Made by a program: the position numbers and the translations under genes. A model generated the notes under the pieces. It was given only the letters and a program-made list of their open reading frames with translations. It had not been told where the DNA came from and ran no database searches. A stretch of DNA of 64,000 nt from Nemertoderma westbladi (lineage: Eukaryota; Animalia; Xenacoelomorpha), in NCBI GenBank assembly GCA_032718475.1, contig JAUCBJ010008071.1, forward strand, positions 19,829 through 83,828, read 5' to 3'. The stretch's first letter is position 1. Every line of letters begins with the position of its first letter. This document shows, piece by piece, positions 46,388 to 59,235 of this stretch.

Positions 46388-47254
46388 GGAGTTCTAAAGT
46401 CTTTAGAAGAGGAACTAATTCGGGAACGAACTAAACATCAGAAGCAATCTGGTCGTAAAACCCGAGAGCAGCGGGAGTTGGTAGCTGAGCTGCAGGAGGT
46501 GCGTAGTAGCGAGAGGAATCTACGAGTTCGAGTCAAGAGTTTAACCAACGAGCTGGCCGTGTTGCGTCGGAGTGGGGGAGGGGGGGTCCGGGGCGGTGCG
46601 GAGTCGCCGAGGTTGAACGGGGGCGTCGTCCCGAGAGGGAGGGCGTCCTCCACGGAGGGGAGGAGGAGTAGGGGGGGTTCGGGGGACTGGAGAGGGAGCA
46701 GCGGGGAGCGGGGAGTGGTACCGGCGGGATGGAGGGGGGGCGCCCCCCGTAGCTCCTCCCTGGACCGCGGTCGGCCCCCCGTGGTGCGTCGCTTCGATCC
46801 CACCGGGTTCGTCGCCGAACGCAGACGGAAGCAGCGCGAACTCGAATCCTCCCGTCGCGCTCGTCTCGCCGTCGCCGGCCGCTCCCGCTCCGGTAGTCGT
46901 CGACGCAGCGACTCGAGTGACGCCGATTGGTCCGCCGCCGGCGGTTGGGACTCGGACGACGCGGACACCGGCAACCCGCGCTACAACCGGATCCAACGGC
47001 TGCTCCGGGAGAAGGTGAACTCGATGCGTCGCTCCTCGTCCACCGACGAGGGTACGCCGCGTAGCGACGCGAGCGGGAATCGGAGGACGCCCTCTAGCGG
47101 CGGGATTAGGAGGACGCCCCCTAGCGACCGGCCCCGAGAAGGTCGATTATTACAGAACGGGATCCCGTTGGACAGCTACGACAGGGCTGAAGAGATGGAA
47201 GAGATCGACGCCCGACTCAACGCCCTGCAGGAGTTTATGAAGGACCATTTGTAA
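46388..47254 (+). CDS. CCDC61: Terminal coding exon of CCDC61 (VFL3), a centriole/basal-body coiled-coil protein
   Basis: Acceptor cacacag|GGA, phase 0; LEEELIRER..ELQEVRSSERNLRVRVKSLTNEL, RFDPTGFVAERRRKQRE and EIDARLNALQEFM match conserved CCDC61 blocks; AATAAA downstream at ~47432 and ~47536. Confidence 0.85.
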   Translation, partial: GVLKSLEEELIRERTKHQKQSGRKTREQRELVAELQEVRSSERNLRVRVKSLTNELAVLRRSGGGGVRGGAESPRLNGGVVPRGRASSTEGRRSRGGSGDWRGSSGERGVVPAGWRGGAPRSSSLDRGRPPVVRRFDPTGFVAERRRKQRELESSRRARLAVAGRSRSGSRRRSDSSDADWSAAGGWDSDDADTGNPRYNRIQRLLREKVNSMRRSSSTDEGTPRSDASGNRRTPSSGGIRRTPPSDRPREGRLLQNGIPLDSYDRAEEMEEIDARLNALQEFMKDHL

Positions 47255-49793
47255 CCATGGTAACCTAATTGTTTGTGATGTATACGGGGTTATTATTTTC
47301 TATTTTTTGAATTTAAAGTTGCTATTTTTTGGTTGTGAAGCAAAAATATTTATTTATTACAGGGGGAAAAAAGTAGAACTTTTTTTTCACTATTCTCGAG
47401 GCATTTTATTTACCGAGCGACAACGAGGTTAATAAAGGGTCGAGAGAATGTTGAAAAATATGATCGCTCGCGTTTTTTCCCATGTAATACGTAATTTTAT
47501 TCTTAAATTGGTACTTTTTTGTTGCTAAATTCTTTAATAAAAACATAGATCGATAAATAATGTTACAAAATATATTGAACTGTAGTATTTACTATATATT
47601 GTTTCCATAGTTACTGCAATTCATACTATTGAACTCTTCAACTCTCGATGCTGCCTTACTAAATGTTAAATAATTTAGTGTTCTCGAATATTTATTACGT
47701 AACTAGAGAGCCGCTTAACTACATAAACCAATATTGGATATTGAGTTCCGTTTTGGAGTTCGCCTGTCTGACACTAAAGTTGCAATAACTTTTGAGTGTG
47801 TGGATGGGTTTTGCTCAAATGACTTGCAAACCTTGTCTACGTCGATGCTCTTTCAATATATGTAATAAAAAATAAGAAATTCCACCAAAAATATTTTATT
47901 TTACTTTATTCGCCGTGAAAAAAGTAAAATCAATCCTCCCTCTCTATGGGTTGCTTTTTTCCCTAGGGAAAAAAGTTTCTCCTGATTTTGGGGTATATTC
48001 GAGCGAATAAAGTAACAATATAAGAGTAAACTATGTTATATAACCTGTACGTATTGTTTGTGGTTTTTTTTTAAGTGCGACAAACCGCTAAATGACGTTA
48101 TTATTGTATTTCCATTGTTTTAATGATTTAATGAGTTGTTATTAATTGCTTATAAATTTATAACGTAATTGACTGTATATGTCGACATTGGGTCACAGAA
48201 ACATACGGCGTGTCTTTCTCATGCAAAAATTATTATGCAACTAATATTTTGATTAACACGTAACGTAACTATTATAAAGCGAAGACCATTAATTTTTTGA
48301 ATTTAACTAAATATTTAAACTCTCACAGAAACCGGCTAACAAATTACAATAGCAATTCCCATATGCAAACCATCATACTTTACTGGTATTATTGACAATG
48401 CTGGTGGTATATTAGCGCTATCATGTTTTATATAGCGGTTAGTAACTAATTATTTCATATTCTTTTATTTAACCTAATTTTATTCTTTAAGTTGCCTATC
48501 CCGCCTCTCCTTATCTCGTTGTGCTGGTAGAGTTTCTGCTGCTGACCTACCGTGACTATCTACCAGTATTTCTCCTGTATCAGATAGCAGCAATAATACC
48601 GCGGTTACTTTTTCTAGTGAAGAAGTAAAATTATCTCCTTACTAGTAACTAACAGTGGAATTGTAATGTAGGACTATTATAGGTTTCTTTCACACACACT
48701 ATAATACGTACTGAATTATAGCGTCTTATTTCAGTGACCCCCCCTCCTCCCCCTCACTTGGGGGTCACTGAATAAACATGGTGGACGTGAATCAGCAACT
48801 TGTGGTATATTTAATGCAAATTGTATTTTTTTTAACTTGTCTATTTTTTACCCTCCGTGTTATATCGTATTATATTGGTTGTTTGTCCAATTTACTATTA
48901 GAGTAACAAACTTGTGTAGCCTATTAATTGTATTTTACATTTTTATACATGAAAAAAGTCTTGGTTTATCTGCCTAGTTACAAAATTTAATCGCTCGAAA
49001 ACAAGTTGATACTTTTAGAATCAGAATTTTTGGCATGGTGTTTTTGAATTTTTTTTTACTTTTAGAGTTTTTGTTTTAAGGCCAAGTTGGCAATAAAAGA
49101 CCGAACACAAAATACATTCATTGTCTGTCCTATTTGTTAAACATCAGGGTTCTGAGGCTTTAAAACCACTGGCTGACAGCAGGTTAATCTGTGTTTTTTG
49201 TTTTTGTTGTTTTGTATTTTACTGAGTTTGGTATCGTTTACGGGAATTGTAAATAGTATTTTATAATCATTACCGTTATTTTGTTTTTTTTTGTATTCTG
49301 TTTCACTTCAAAATACTTTTGTAATCTGATGTCATTCAATATTATTAATATATGTATCAAAGATATCGTTTTTTATTATCTTCATATTGTATTTTAACAT
49401 CCAATCCATCTAGTTTTATTGAATCAAGCAGTTTCAGATTGTTCAGTTGAGCATAAAACAATAAAATAAATATTATATTATTTAGGACAAATGGTGTAAA
49501 TATATTTCTCTAGATGTTAGGAATGCAACCGAGCTAAAATTTCATCCTGAGCCGAAACCCGGAGGTTTCTCCGGGTTACAATATGAGCTCCGGCCGGAGC
49601 CAGAGCCGGAGCCGGAGATTTGGGGATTGATTATTCCAATGTAATTCCAATTATTATAGTAGACAGATATGTGTTCATGAGGCAAATTCTTTCTCGAATT
49701 ATATCTCGCCTCAAGTTAAATTATCAATTAATAGAAATGAATAGTTTATAGTGGCATGTTATTCTAACCAAAACAATAAACTAAATTCAATAG

Positions 49794-50830
49794 AACAGGT
49801 TACAGTTTTTTTGTGAGTAATCAGCTGTTATTTGCGTCGAATTTCCCCTTGAGAGGGATGATTTTGTATTGCGTCAAAGACACCCCAATCTGGTGTTCAT
49901 GGGGCTAAAACGTACTCTAATGTTTTAGACTGCCCCCCCAAAAACGCAGTGGTGGGATCCCTGGGGAGGGCCCCAGGGATCCCACCACTGCGTTTTTTTA
50001 ACGCGTCGCGCTATTTCCAAAATTTTGCGTTATTCGACTACTACTACAAGGTCGAGCGAACTCGGACAGTGGAAATGAGATCCTTCCAGGCTTCCCGATT
50101 CTCCATAGTTGTCGCAATTTCGTTTCTTCCACCAGATACCTCATTTACAGTTTATTAGTTATGCGTTATTTCTTGAATTTCCATTAAAAAACGTAATGAA
50201 ATTGATAAACTTTGTAAGTTGTAACTGCAATTATAATGGTGGCGATAATCAAAATTGTATCAATAAAGTTGCACCTGTTCTTTATGAAAGGAATTTTTTC
50301 TTTGATAATCGATCTTTGATTTGGACACTCCCTTCCCCAATTACTAGACCAGGATTGATATTATAATTTTACATTTAAAAACATTAAAATTTCAATAGAA
50401 CTGCAATGTTAGTGTCGAGCCGATGCACAATAATCACTATTCCCCAAACAAAGGCTACAAATTACTGTACCGTGAACGATTTTTAATTATATTGCCTACG
50501 AGCAATTATGAGATGACTGAATAGACATGGGGCCATTGATTTTATACACATTACGGCCCAAAATTGTCGTTTTGGGACCTTTTCGCTCTAAACCAAATCA
50601 TTTTTTGCCAACATTACTCGACAGCATTCTAGCCTTAGATCCGCTCTGTACCAAATTTTAAGTGATTTCAGTCAGAATTGTTCGAGACATAGTTCGATAA
50701 ATATTCGAAATAAGGGGGCAATAAACCACATAATGTGGTTTATCGACGCAATAAAAATGCATCCCTCTCCAGGGGAAATTGGACGCAAATAACAGATGAT
50801 TACTCTCAAAAATAAAACTGTAACCTGTTC
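49794..50830. mobile_element. Non-autonomous element with ~85-bp imperfect inverted repeats and an internal perfect hairpin
   Basis: AACAGGTTACAG..TTATTTGCGTC..GAGAGGGATG (49794-49875) is inverted at 50746-50830; a related copy lies at ~42282-42370; flanked by TAGG(A/G)ATGC-type ends at ~49518 and ~50916. Confidence 0.55.
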
Positions 50831-50919
50831 TTTTGGCTTTGATTGGCTTTTGGCCGCATTGGCTCCGGATTAATTGGCCCGAAGCTCCTGATTTCCGGAG
50901 CTCTGTCGCATCCCTAATA

Positions 50920-53900
50920 CAGTCCCGCTCTCAAAAAGCATTCCTTTGATCAAACATTGATCAAACTTTGATCAAACATTGATCAAAGTTTGATCAAATA
51001 TTGAAATGAACCAGGCTTATAAATCCTGCCATTGAGTTCTACCAAAGGCGCTGCACTTCAAAGTCTAGATTCCCACTGAGCCGTGTGTCAATCAAGCAGC
51101 CCTCTCTCTCTCTCTCTCTCTCGCTCTCCCTGTGTGTGTAATGCTCCATGTGCTCTGTAGGATGTCTGCAGATCACACAGGACACCACGTCCATATCATA
51201 CCATAGGTTTGTAAGCTATAGCCGTTATTTAAACCAGTTAAAGCCTAGGTTATAAAAATTTACAGCGATTATCAGAAAATAACAGCCGCAATTGAATCTC
51301 CACTTGGCGGTGTGGTGGTAATGAAAGCAAGGGCGGGTATGGGCTGTGTGGAGTTTAATTCTGAGTTACGCAATGGGTTGGGTGGATGACTACAACACAT
51401 TAGAATGGGGGGGGGGGGGGCAACTAAGCGTACCGAGGGGGAGGCCATGTGAAAGCATACTATGAGCACCGCTATGATTTTAGAAGGGCTTGATCTTTTT
51501 GCGTAAGTAAATAATACCTAAGGAAATGTAAGGAATTTTATTAGAAATACGTTAGGACTTCTTACTGTGCACACCTACGTTAGTGCCCGCACCCCGCACT
51601 GAATTTGGAAGTTATTATAAGGTGATCGACATGCGACATCGACAACGGCCTCATCCATTAACATACACTAATTTAATTAATTCCCTAATTTCCCTAACGT
51701 ACGTGCATACTAACGTCCCAAGACCACATTTTCCTTAGAAAATTAGACAACAATATTCAATGAATTAATTTAAAATTGTCGATCTAAAACAATAATTTAT
51801 TGTTTAAATTATTATAATTAGAGACCGTTAGGGCTTCTTGCTGCCAAAATTGGGTTAGAAGAGAATGTGTTCGGACGTAGACGCTGTGCAGACAGAGGTG
51901 CCGACAGAGATGCCGACACAGGTGCCGACAGAGGTGCCGACACAGGTGCCGACAGAGGTGCCGACACAGGTGCCGACAGAGGTGCCGACACAGGTGCCGA
52001 CATAGGTTCCGACATAGGTGCCGACATAGGTGCCAACACAGGTGCAGATACAGGTGCCGACACAGGTGCCGACATAGGTGCCGACAGAGGTGCCGAGTGC
52101 CGACACAGGTGCCGACATAGGTGCCGACACAGGTGCCGACATAGGTGCCGATACAGGTGCCGACATAGGTGCAGACACAGGTGGCGACATAGGTGCCGAT
52201 ACAGGTGCCGACATAGGTGCCGACACAGGTACCGACATAGGTGCTGACACAGGTGCAGACACAGGTGCCGACACAGGTGGCGACATAGGTGCCGAAACTT
52301 TACTAAAGGTCTTCCCAAGAAATTAGACATCCAACTAACCCATACACACCGTTTATTGTTTTGGTTAAAAAACACCACCCCTTTAACCTGCTCCTTTCGA
52401 TGTTTTTCATTAACGTTTTCATTAATGTTCTCAGATACACTTGCGGTGACAGCACGGTGAAATCGCATACTGTGAATCACAGCATTTGTGTTGTGGTTAC
52501 AGAGATGCGAGTGAAGCATTTACAGTCAACTGTATGTTCGGTTGGGTGATGACTTAGCCCGCGGGAATTCTTAGCCCGCAATATGGGAATCGTTTACCCG
52601 CAAGCTTTCTTAGCCAGTGGGCAGGGCATCCTTAGCCCGAAAATAAGTTTTATTAGCCCGCGGGAATTCTTAGCCCGCAATATGGGAATCGTTTACCCGC
52701 AAGCTTTCTTAGCCAGTGGGCAGGGCATCCTTAGCCCGAAAATAAGTTTTATTAGCCCGCGGGAATTCTTAGCCCGCAGGCATTCTTAGCCCACGAGTAT
52801 TCCTAGTCCGGTGGAATTCTTAGCCCGCGGGAATTCTTAGCCCACCAAGTGTTCAATTGACAATTAATAACTGAATAATTATTGTGACTTTAGTTAGTTA
52901 TTCATGTTCTATTCTAGGTAAACTGGTGAAAACGTTAAACTGATTTTAGCTGGTTGTGGTATGTCTCCTATTCCATGCATTTATGAAAGCAATGGCAGGT
53001 ATGGGCTGTGCTGTGTGGAGTTTAATTCTGAGTTACGCAATGGGTTGGGTGGATGGCTACAATACATTAGAATGGGGGGGGGGGGGGGGGGCAACTAAGC
53101 GTACCGAGGGGGAGGCCATGTGAAAGCATACTATGAGCACCGCTATGATTTTAGAAGGGCTTGATCTTTTTGCGTAAGTAAATAATACCTAAGGAAATGT
53201 AAGGAATTTTATTAGAAATACGTTAGGACTTCTTACTGTGCACACCTACGTTAGTGCCCGCACCCCGCACTGAATTTGGAAGTTATTATAAGGTAATCGA
53301 CATGCGACATCGACAACTTGCTGCCAAAATTGGGTTAGAAGAGAATGTGTTCGGACGTAGACGCTGTGCAGACAGAGGTGCCGACAGAGGTGCCGACACA
53401 GGTGCCGACAGAGGTGCCGACGCAGGTGCCGACAGAGGTGCCGACACAGGTGCCGACAGAGGTGCCGACACAGGTGCCGACATAGGTTCCGAAATAGGTG
53501 CCGACATAGGTGCCGACACAGGTGCAGATACAGGTGCCGACACAGGTGCCGACATAGGTGCCGACAGAGGTGCCGACACAGGTGCCGACATAGGTGCCGA
53601 CACAGGTGCCGACATAGGTGCCGATACAGGTGCCGACATAGGTGCAGACACAGGTGCCGACATAGGTGCCGATACAGGTGCCGACATAGGTGCCGACACA
53701 GGTACCGACATAGGTGCTGACACAGGTGCAGACACAGGTGCCGACACAGGTGCCGACAGAGGTGCCGAAACTTTACTAAAGTCTTCCCAAGAAATTAGAC
53801 ATCCAACTAACCCATACACACCGTTTATTGTTTTGGTTAAAAAACACCACCCCTTTAACCTGCTCCTTTCGATGTTTTTCATTAACGTTTTCATTGATGT

Positions 53901-55521
53901 TCTCAGATACACTTGCGGTGACAGCACGGTGAAATCGCATACTGTGAATCACAGCATTTGGGTTGTGGTTACAGAGATGCGAGTGAAGCATTTACAGTCA
54001 ACTGTATGTTCGGTTGGGTGATGACTTAGCCCGCGGGAATTCTTAGCCCGCAACATGGGAATCGTTTACCCGCAAGCTTTCTTAGCCAGTGGGCAGGGCA
54101 TCCTTAGCCCGAAAATAAGTTTTATTAGCCCGCGGGAATTCTTAGCCCGCAGGCATTCTTAGCCCCACGAGTATTTCTAGTCCGGTGGAATTCTTAGCCC
54201 GCGGGAATTCTTAGCCCACCAAGTGTTCAATTGACAATTAATAACTGAATAATTATTGTGACTTACTAGTTAGTTATTCATGTTCTATTCTAGGTAAACT
54301 GGTGAACACGCCACAACTGATTCTCCAGCTGGTTGTGCGTATGTCGCCGATTCCATGCATTTATGAAAGCAATGGCAGGTATGGGCTGTGCTGTGTGGAG
54401 TTTAATTCTGAGTTACGCAATGGGTTGGGTGGATGGCTACAACACATTATAATGGGTGGGGGGGGGGGGGGGGGGGGGGGTGCAGGTCCGCAGCTTGTAC
54501 AATGATATAGTAATAGTCCACAACAAGAGAGGGTATGGGATCACTGGGGTTATATTGATGCCTTGTCTTACAACGACCTGTGAGCAAAAGTGTGGTTTGT
54601 CGGCCGGATGGTTAAAACCCTCCATTAATTAAAAATGAATGAGCAGAACTTAATAAGTATTACTAACCCAATTTGATTTTTAATATTTAAAAAATTATAA
54701 TTACAATACGTTAAACTGAATTAAAAAATACGTAACTAATGATGTACATAACATAGTTTACTTTAAAACAAATTAGGTTTTCAATAAAATTACCTTATCA
54801 GAGTATTAAAATTAAATTACGTACATTTTTAGAAGGTATTTTAGGGGGTGCGCTGGCGCTGGCGCTTGGATTTATTTATTTCTTTATTTACATTTATTAG
54901 TATACTTAGAGACAGGGGCAGGAAGGAAGCTTGTCGAATTTACACAATTACTGTATAAGCAAAGGCAATGCAACGGCAGACATCGCGCTGCTACGTCAAT
55001 GGAGGTCTTTGGCCTTGATTCTGATTTAAGGAACATTGAAACTAATTTCTAATATAACAATCATTTAAAAATATTCCAAAGGCTGTTTTTCTGAACTAGT
55101 TGTAGTGTAATAATAGGCCCTGCCCTACAAGAACAAGACCAACAACACTGCCATGTAAATCCAATCGCTGTCCATCCACAAAGTCAAGCAAGCTCCATCC
55201 ACCGCCCTGTCAATCACATCGCGGCTTGGCCATTAACAAAAGCCAGTTCTCGGCGGGAGTCTGAGTTCAAAGGCATGCCGCAGAAGAGCGATGTAAACTG
55301 TTACCTTGAAATCATTTCAATGTCATTTCAATATGAGACAGAAAGTCTGGAATTTCGGTCCATCGATTTCAAGGTCATTTCAATATGCCATCAATGTCAT
55401 TTCAATGTCAATGCTACTTTCAATGATATTCTATGGACACATTTTGATCAAACTTTGATCAATGTTTGATCAAAGTTTGATCAATGTTTGATCAAAGGCA
55501 TGCTTTTTGAGAGCGGGACTG
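50920..55521. mobile_element. 4.6-kb non-autonomous DNA transposon with 79-bp TIRs and TA target duplication
   Basis: TA|CAGTCCCGCTCTCAAAAAGCA...(TTGATCAAA)n at 50920-50998 is inverted at 55443-55521|TA with one mismatch; no transposase ORF. Confidence 0.85.
51337..54475. repeat. Internal tandem duplication (~1.4-1.7-kb unit) with 12-bp GGTGCCGACACA minisatellites and CTTAGCCCGCGGGAATT repeats
   Basis: 51838-53090 matches ~53318-54475; 51337-51645 matches ~52998-53316. Confidence 0.85.
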
Positions 55522-56502
55522 TAGATACCTTGCTGTAATTATATTAAGCAAGACACTCCACACCATTAATAATTTATATTACTAAAAACCTTCCGCTGAA
55601 TGTACTGAAATATAATATATGGATCGACATACAGAAAGCTTGTGAAAAACTGTCTGCAGATTTAATTACTCCCACAATTGGAAGGGGGTTTCGCGTCCGC
55701 CAGTTAACCGATATCATATAGACCTGTTAAAGGAGAAAAGGCAAAGGCCGATCTGAATTTATCTGAGTAAATATAATACACTCAAGCGAGGTTACCGTAA
55801 TGCGGTGTGGGGTACTTAGGAACAAAACCGAGGGAAAGGTACCTAATGACTGCTAAGGGGGGGGGGGGGGGATTATGAATATACAAGCGATCGATAGAAA
55901 TAAACACTGGTGCAGACACCTGGTGAAAATACTGAAATACCAGAGTACCAGAGTACCACAAAACACAATACCACCAGGCACTATTATATAATATTTTATC
56001 ATTTATTATCTACAAATATGCGAATAACTACTGAAAGATTCTACATGAAGTAGGGAGGAAGTATGTAGTAGAAGTCGGGGTGCGTGGGGGTGAATGTGCC
56101 ATGAAATTACAAATAATTATAAGTGGTGTGTACGAAAGTAATTAATCGGTATTCCCGTTTTCATATAAACAATAATGTCTATAAATTGTAAGCAGCAATG
56201 TCTCCAAGGAATGAGGTTTAAGCGGCAGTGTTTGATTGTTTATACATGACCTACTTTATACAGAGTATGTTTAATTTGTTTACCTTTACTGGAGCCACTG
56301 CTTATTATAATAAAACGAGCTAATTAAGTTATTATGCCATGCTGGGGATATACATTCACTAACTACAGTAGGGTCTCAGGAATTCTTTGCTCGTGGGTAT
56401 TATTAGCCCGCAAAACAATAACGTTTATTGTTTTGGTTCCCCCAATACTCCTCTGAAACGTGCTCCTTTACTACCCTGCTCCTTTTCTAACCTGCTCCTT
56501 TA

Positions 56503-56884
56503 CTGTCTGCACCAGTGTCTGCACCACTGTCTACACCAATGTCTGCACCAGTGTCTGCACCACTGTCGGCACCACTGTCTGCACCAGTGTCTGCACCACT
56601 GTCTGCACCACTGTTTGTACCAGGTGTATGCACCACTGTCTGCACCAGTTTCTGTACTACTGTCTGAACCACTGTCTGCACCACTGTCTGCACCAGTGTC
56701 TGCACCACTGTCTGCACCAGTGTCTGCACCACTGTCTGCACCACTGTCTGCACCAGTGTCTGCACCACTGTCTGCACCAGTGTCTGCACCACTGTCTGCA
56801 CCAGTGTCTGCACCACTGTCTGCACCAGTGTCTGCACCACTGTCAACACCAGGTGTCTGCACCACTGTCTGCACCAGTGTCTGC
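56503..56884 (+). repeat. 12-bp minisatellite (TGTCTGCACCAS)n
   Basis: About 30 copies; reverse-complement relative of the GGTGC(C/A)GACA arrays. Confidence 0.9.
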
Positions 56885-57085
56885 TTAACGTTTACACCCC
56901 ACTCCGGGTCATAATAGTATGATAATTCAAACCGAAATGGTAGATTTAGTTGGTATTGAAAGAAACATTCAAAATAATGAAGAGTGATTATTAGTTCAAC
57001 AGCATTAAAACGGTGTATGAATGATGCATTCGATATTTTGGTATTCAGTGCGTTGTAGATATGCATTTTAGTAGTGATGTAGTGA

Positions 57086-57775
57086 ATGTGTAGTGCATGT
57101 GTAATTTCATCGATGCTTTACGCTAGCGAATCGTGGTTAACTGATGATGTCAAATCCTTAGAGTGTTTATACATGAAAATGATTAAAGTTATACTATCAG
57201 TCAGACAGCAGACACCCAATGATTTATGCTTTAATATTGAAAGTGGTTTCCCAAGATTGCTTGACATCATAAATAAAAATAGGAAAAATTACATACGAAA
57301 ACTACTGAAATGTAAAAGTCGTAATTTACCAGTTCACCAAGTGCTGGATCTGTGTTATAGCGAGAAAACGCCGGGTTATAATATGTTAATGTCAGTTTTA
57401 GATATTAATAGTACTATATGTAATAGTTTTGAAGAAAGTAAAGGTGTTGTTTTAAATAAACCCGAGACAGCAAGTAAGTTTGTCTTTTATAGATCCGAAA
57501 TAAATAGTACACTTACACCCCACGTTATTTACTCGTCAAAAAGTTACATTCCAGATTACCTTAGAAGAAGTTTTACTAGGTTGCGCTTGTCATCACATAA
57601 CCTCAGAATAGAAAAAGGACGATGGAGTAGGACACCTAGAGATCAGCGAGTATGTAGTTGTGATAACGTGTCAATTCAAAATAAATCTCATGTATTGTTT
57701 ACCTGTATTGTAAGTTTGCACACAGTTTTCGAATTTGGAGAATCTCCTTATTCGCCAATTCAGTACATCGCCTAG
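57086..57775 (+). pseudogene. 3' fragment of a non-LTR retrotransposon ORF2 with C-terminal Cys/His motif
   Basis: LYASESW, ILSVRQQTPND, FTRLRLSSHNLRIEKGRW..RVCSC..HVLFTC. Confidence 0.75.
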
Positions 57776-57970
57776 AGTCGTTTGTATAGGCATATTTCTT
57801 TCTTTTTCTTTTGTGCTATAGGATATAAGATCTGTAATATCATTAGGACTAAAGAAGGTTTTTTGTGTAATTGTTATTATTCAATATGGTAATCAATTAA
57901 TTCTATGCCGTTTAATATTTATTTTGTCAATAAACATAGTGAGAGATGACGAGTTCAAAAACTTATTTAT

Positions 57971-58042
57971 TGGAGATGCCGGGGATCGAACCCGGGGCCT
58001 TTCGCATGCAAAGCGAACGCGCTACCACTGCGCTACATCCCC
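57971..58042 (-). tRNA. tRNA-Ala (TGC)
   Basis: GGGGATGTAGCGCAGTGGTAGCGCGTTCGCTTTGCATGCGAAAGGCCCCGGGTTCGATCCCCGGCATCTCCA: full cloverleaf, G3-U70 pair, T5 pol III terminator about 10 nt downstream. Confidence 0.95.
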
Positions 58043-58169
58043 ATGAGGTCATTGTCCTAATTTTATGGTGACTGATAAAAGTGTCAATTTGAGAAAACGT
58101 AAGATTAGTTAGTTTCCCCACTTCTAGAACATAGTTTTGACATGATTTAGCTAATTTTGAAGCTAATTT

Positions 58170-59235
58170 TGCTGATTGGGTGTTAACTTTGGCTGAATGG
58201 GTTGGTTAAACTTGGCTCATTATGTTAGTTAAGATTGGCTGTTTGGGTGTGGTTAACTTTGGTTGAATGGGTTGGTTAACCTTGGCTCAGTATGTTGGTT
58301 AAGTTTGGCTGATTGGGTGTGGTTAACTTTGGCTGAATGGTTTGGTTAACCTTGGCTTATGTTAATTAAGTTTGGCTGATTGGGTGCGGTTAACTTTGGC
58401 TGAATGGGTTTGTTAACCTTGGCTCATTATGTTAGTTAAGATTGGCTGATTGGGTGTGGTTAACTTTGGGTGAATGGGTTGGTTAACCTTGGCTCATTAT
58501 GTTGGTTAAGTTTGGCTGATTGGGTGTGGTTAACTTTGGTTGAATGGGTTGGTTAACCTTGGCTTATGTTAATTAAGTTTGGCTGATTGGGTGTGGTTAA
58601 CTTTGGCTGAATGGGTTTGTTAACCTTGGCTCATTATGTTAGTTAAGATTGGCTGTTTGGGTGTGGTTAACTTTGGTTGAATGGGTTGGTTAACCTTGGC
58701 TCATTATGTTGGTTAAGTTTGGCTGATTGGGTGTGGTTAACTTTGGGTGAATGGGTTTGTTAACCTTGGCTCATTATGTTAGTTAAGTTTGGCTGATTGG
58801 GTGTGGTTAACTTTGGGTGAATGGGTTGGTTAACCTTGGCTCATTATGTTGGTTAAGTTTGGCTGATTGGGTGTGGTTAACTTTGGTTGAATGGGTTGGT
58901 TAACCTTGGCTCATTATGTTGGTTAAGTTTGGCTGATTGGGTGTGGTTAACTTTGGGTGAATGGGTTTGTTAACCTTGGCTCATTATGTTAGTTAAGTTT
59001 GGCTGATTGGGTGTGGTTAACTTTGGGTGAATGGGTTGGTTAACCTTGGCTCATTATGTTAGTTAAGTTTGGCTGATTGGGTGTGGTTAACTTTGGGTGA
59101 ATGGGTTGGTTAACCTTGGCTCATTATGTTAGTTAAGTTTGGCTGATTGGGTGTGGTTAACTTTGGGTGAATGGGTTGGTTAACCTTGGCTCATTATGTT
59201 AGTTAAGTTTGGCTGATTGGGTGTGGTTAACTTTG
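58170..59235 (+). repeat. 70-bp tandem repeat (~15 copies) built from three ~23-bp GTTAA/TTGG subunits
   Basis: Period 70 (e.g. 58371 vs 58441). Confidence 0.9.

Noticed and set aside
46438-46996. Minus-strand ORFs over CCDC61
   Set aside because: Antisense shadows in GC-rich coding DNA.
51818-57066. Many SAPV, GADT and CRHL repeat ORFs
   Set aside because: By-products of 12-bp minisatellites that are open in several frames on both strands.
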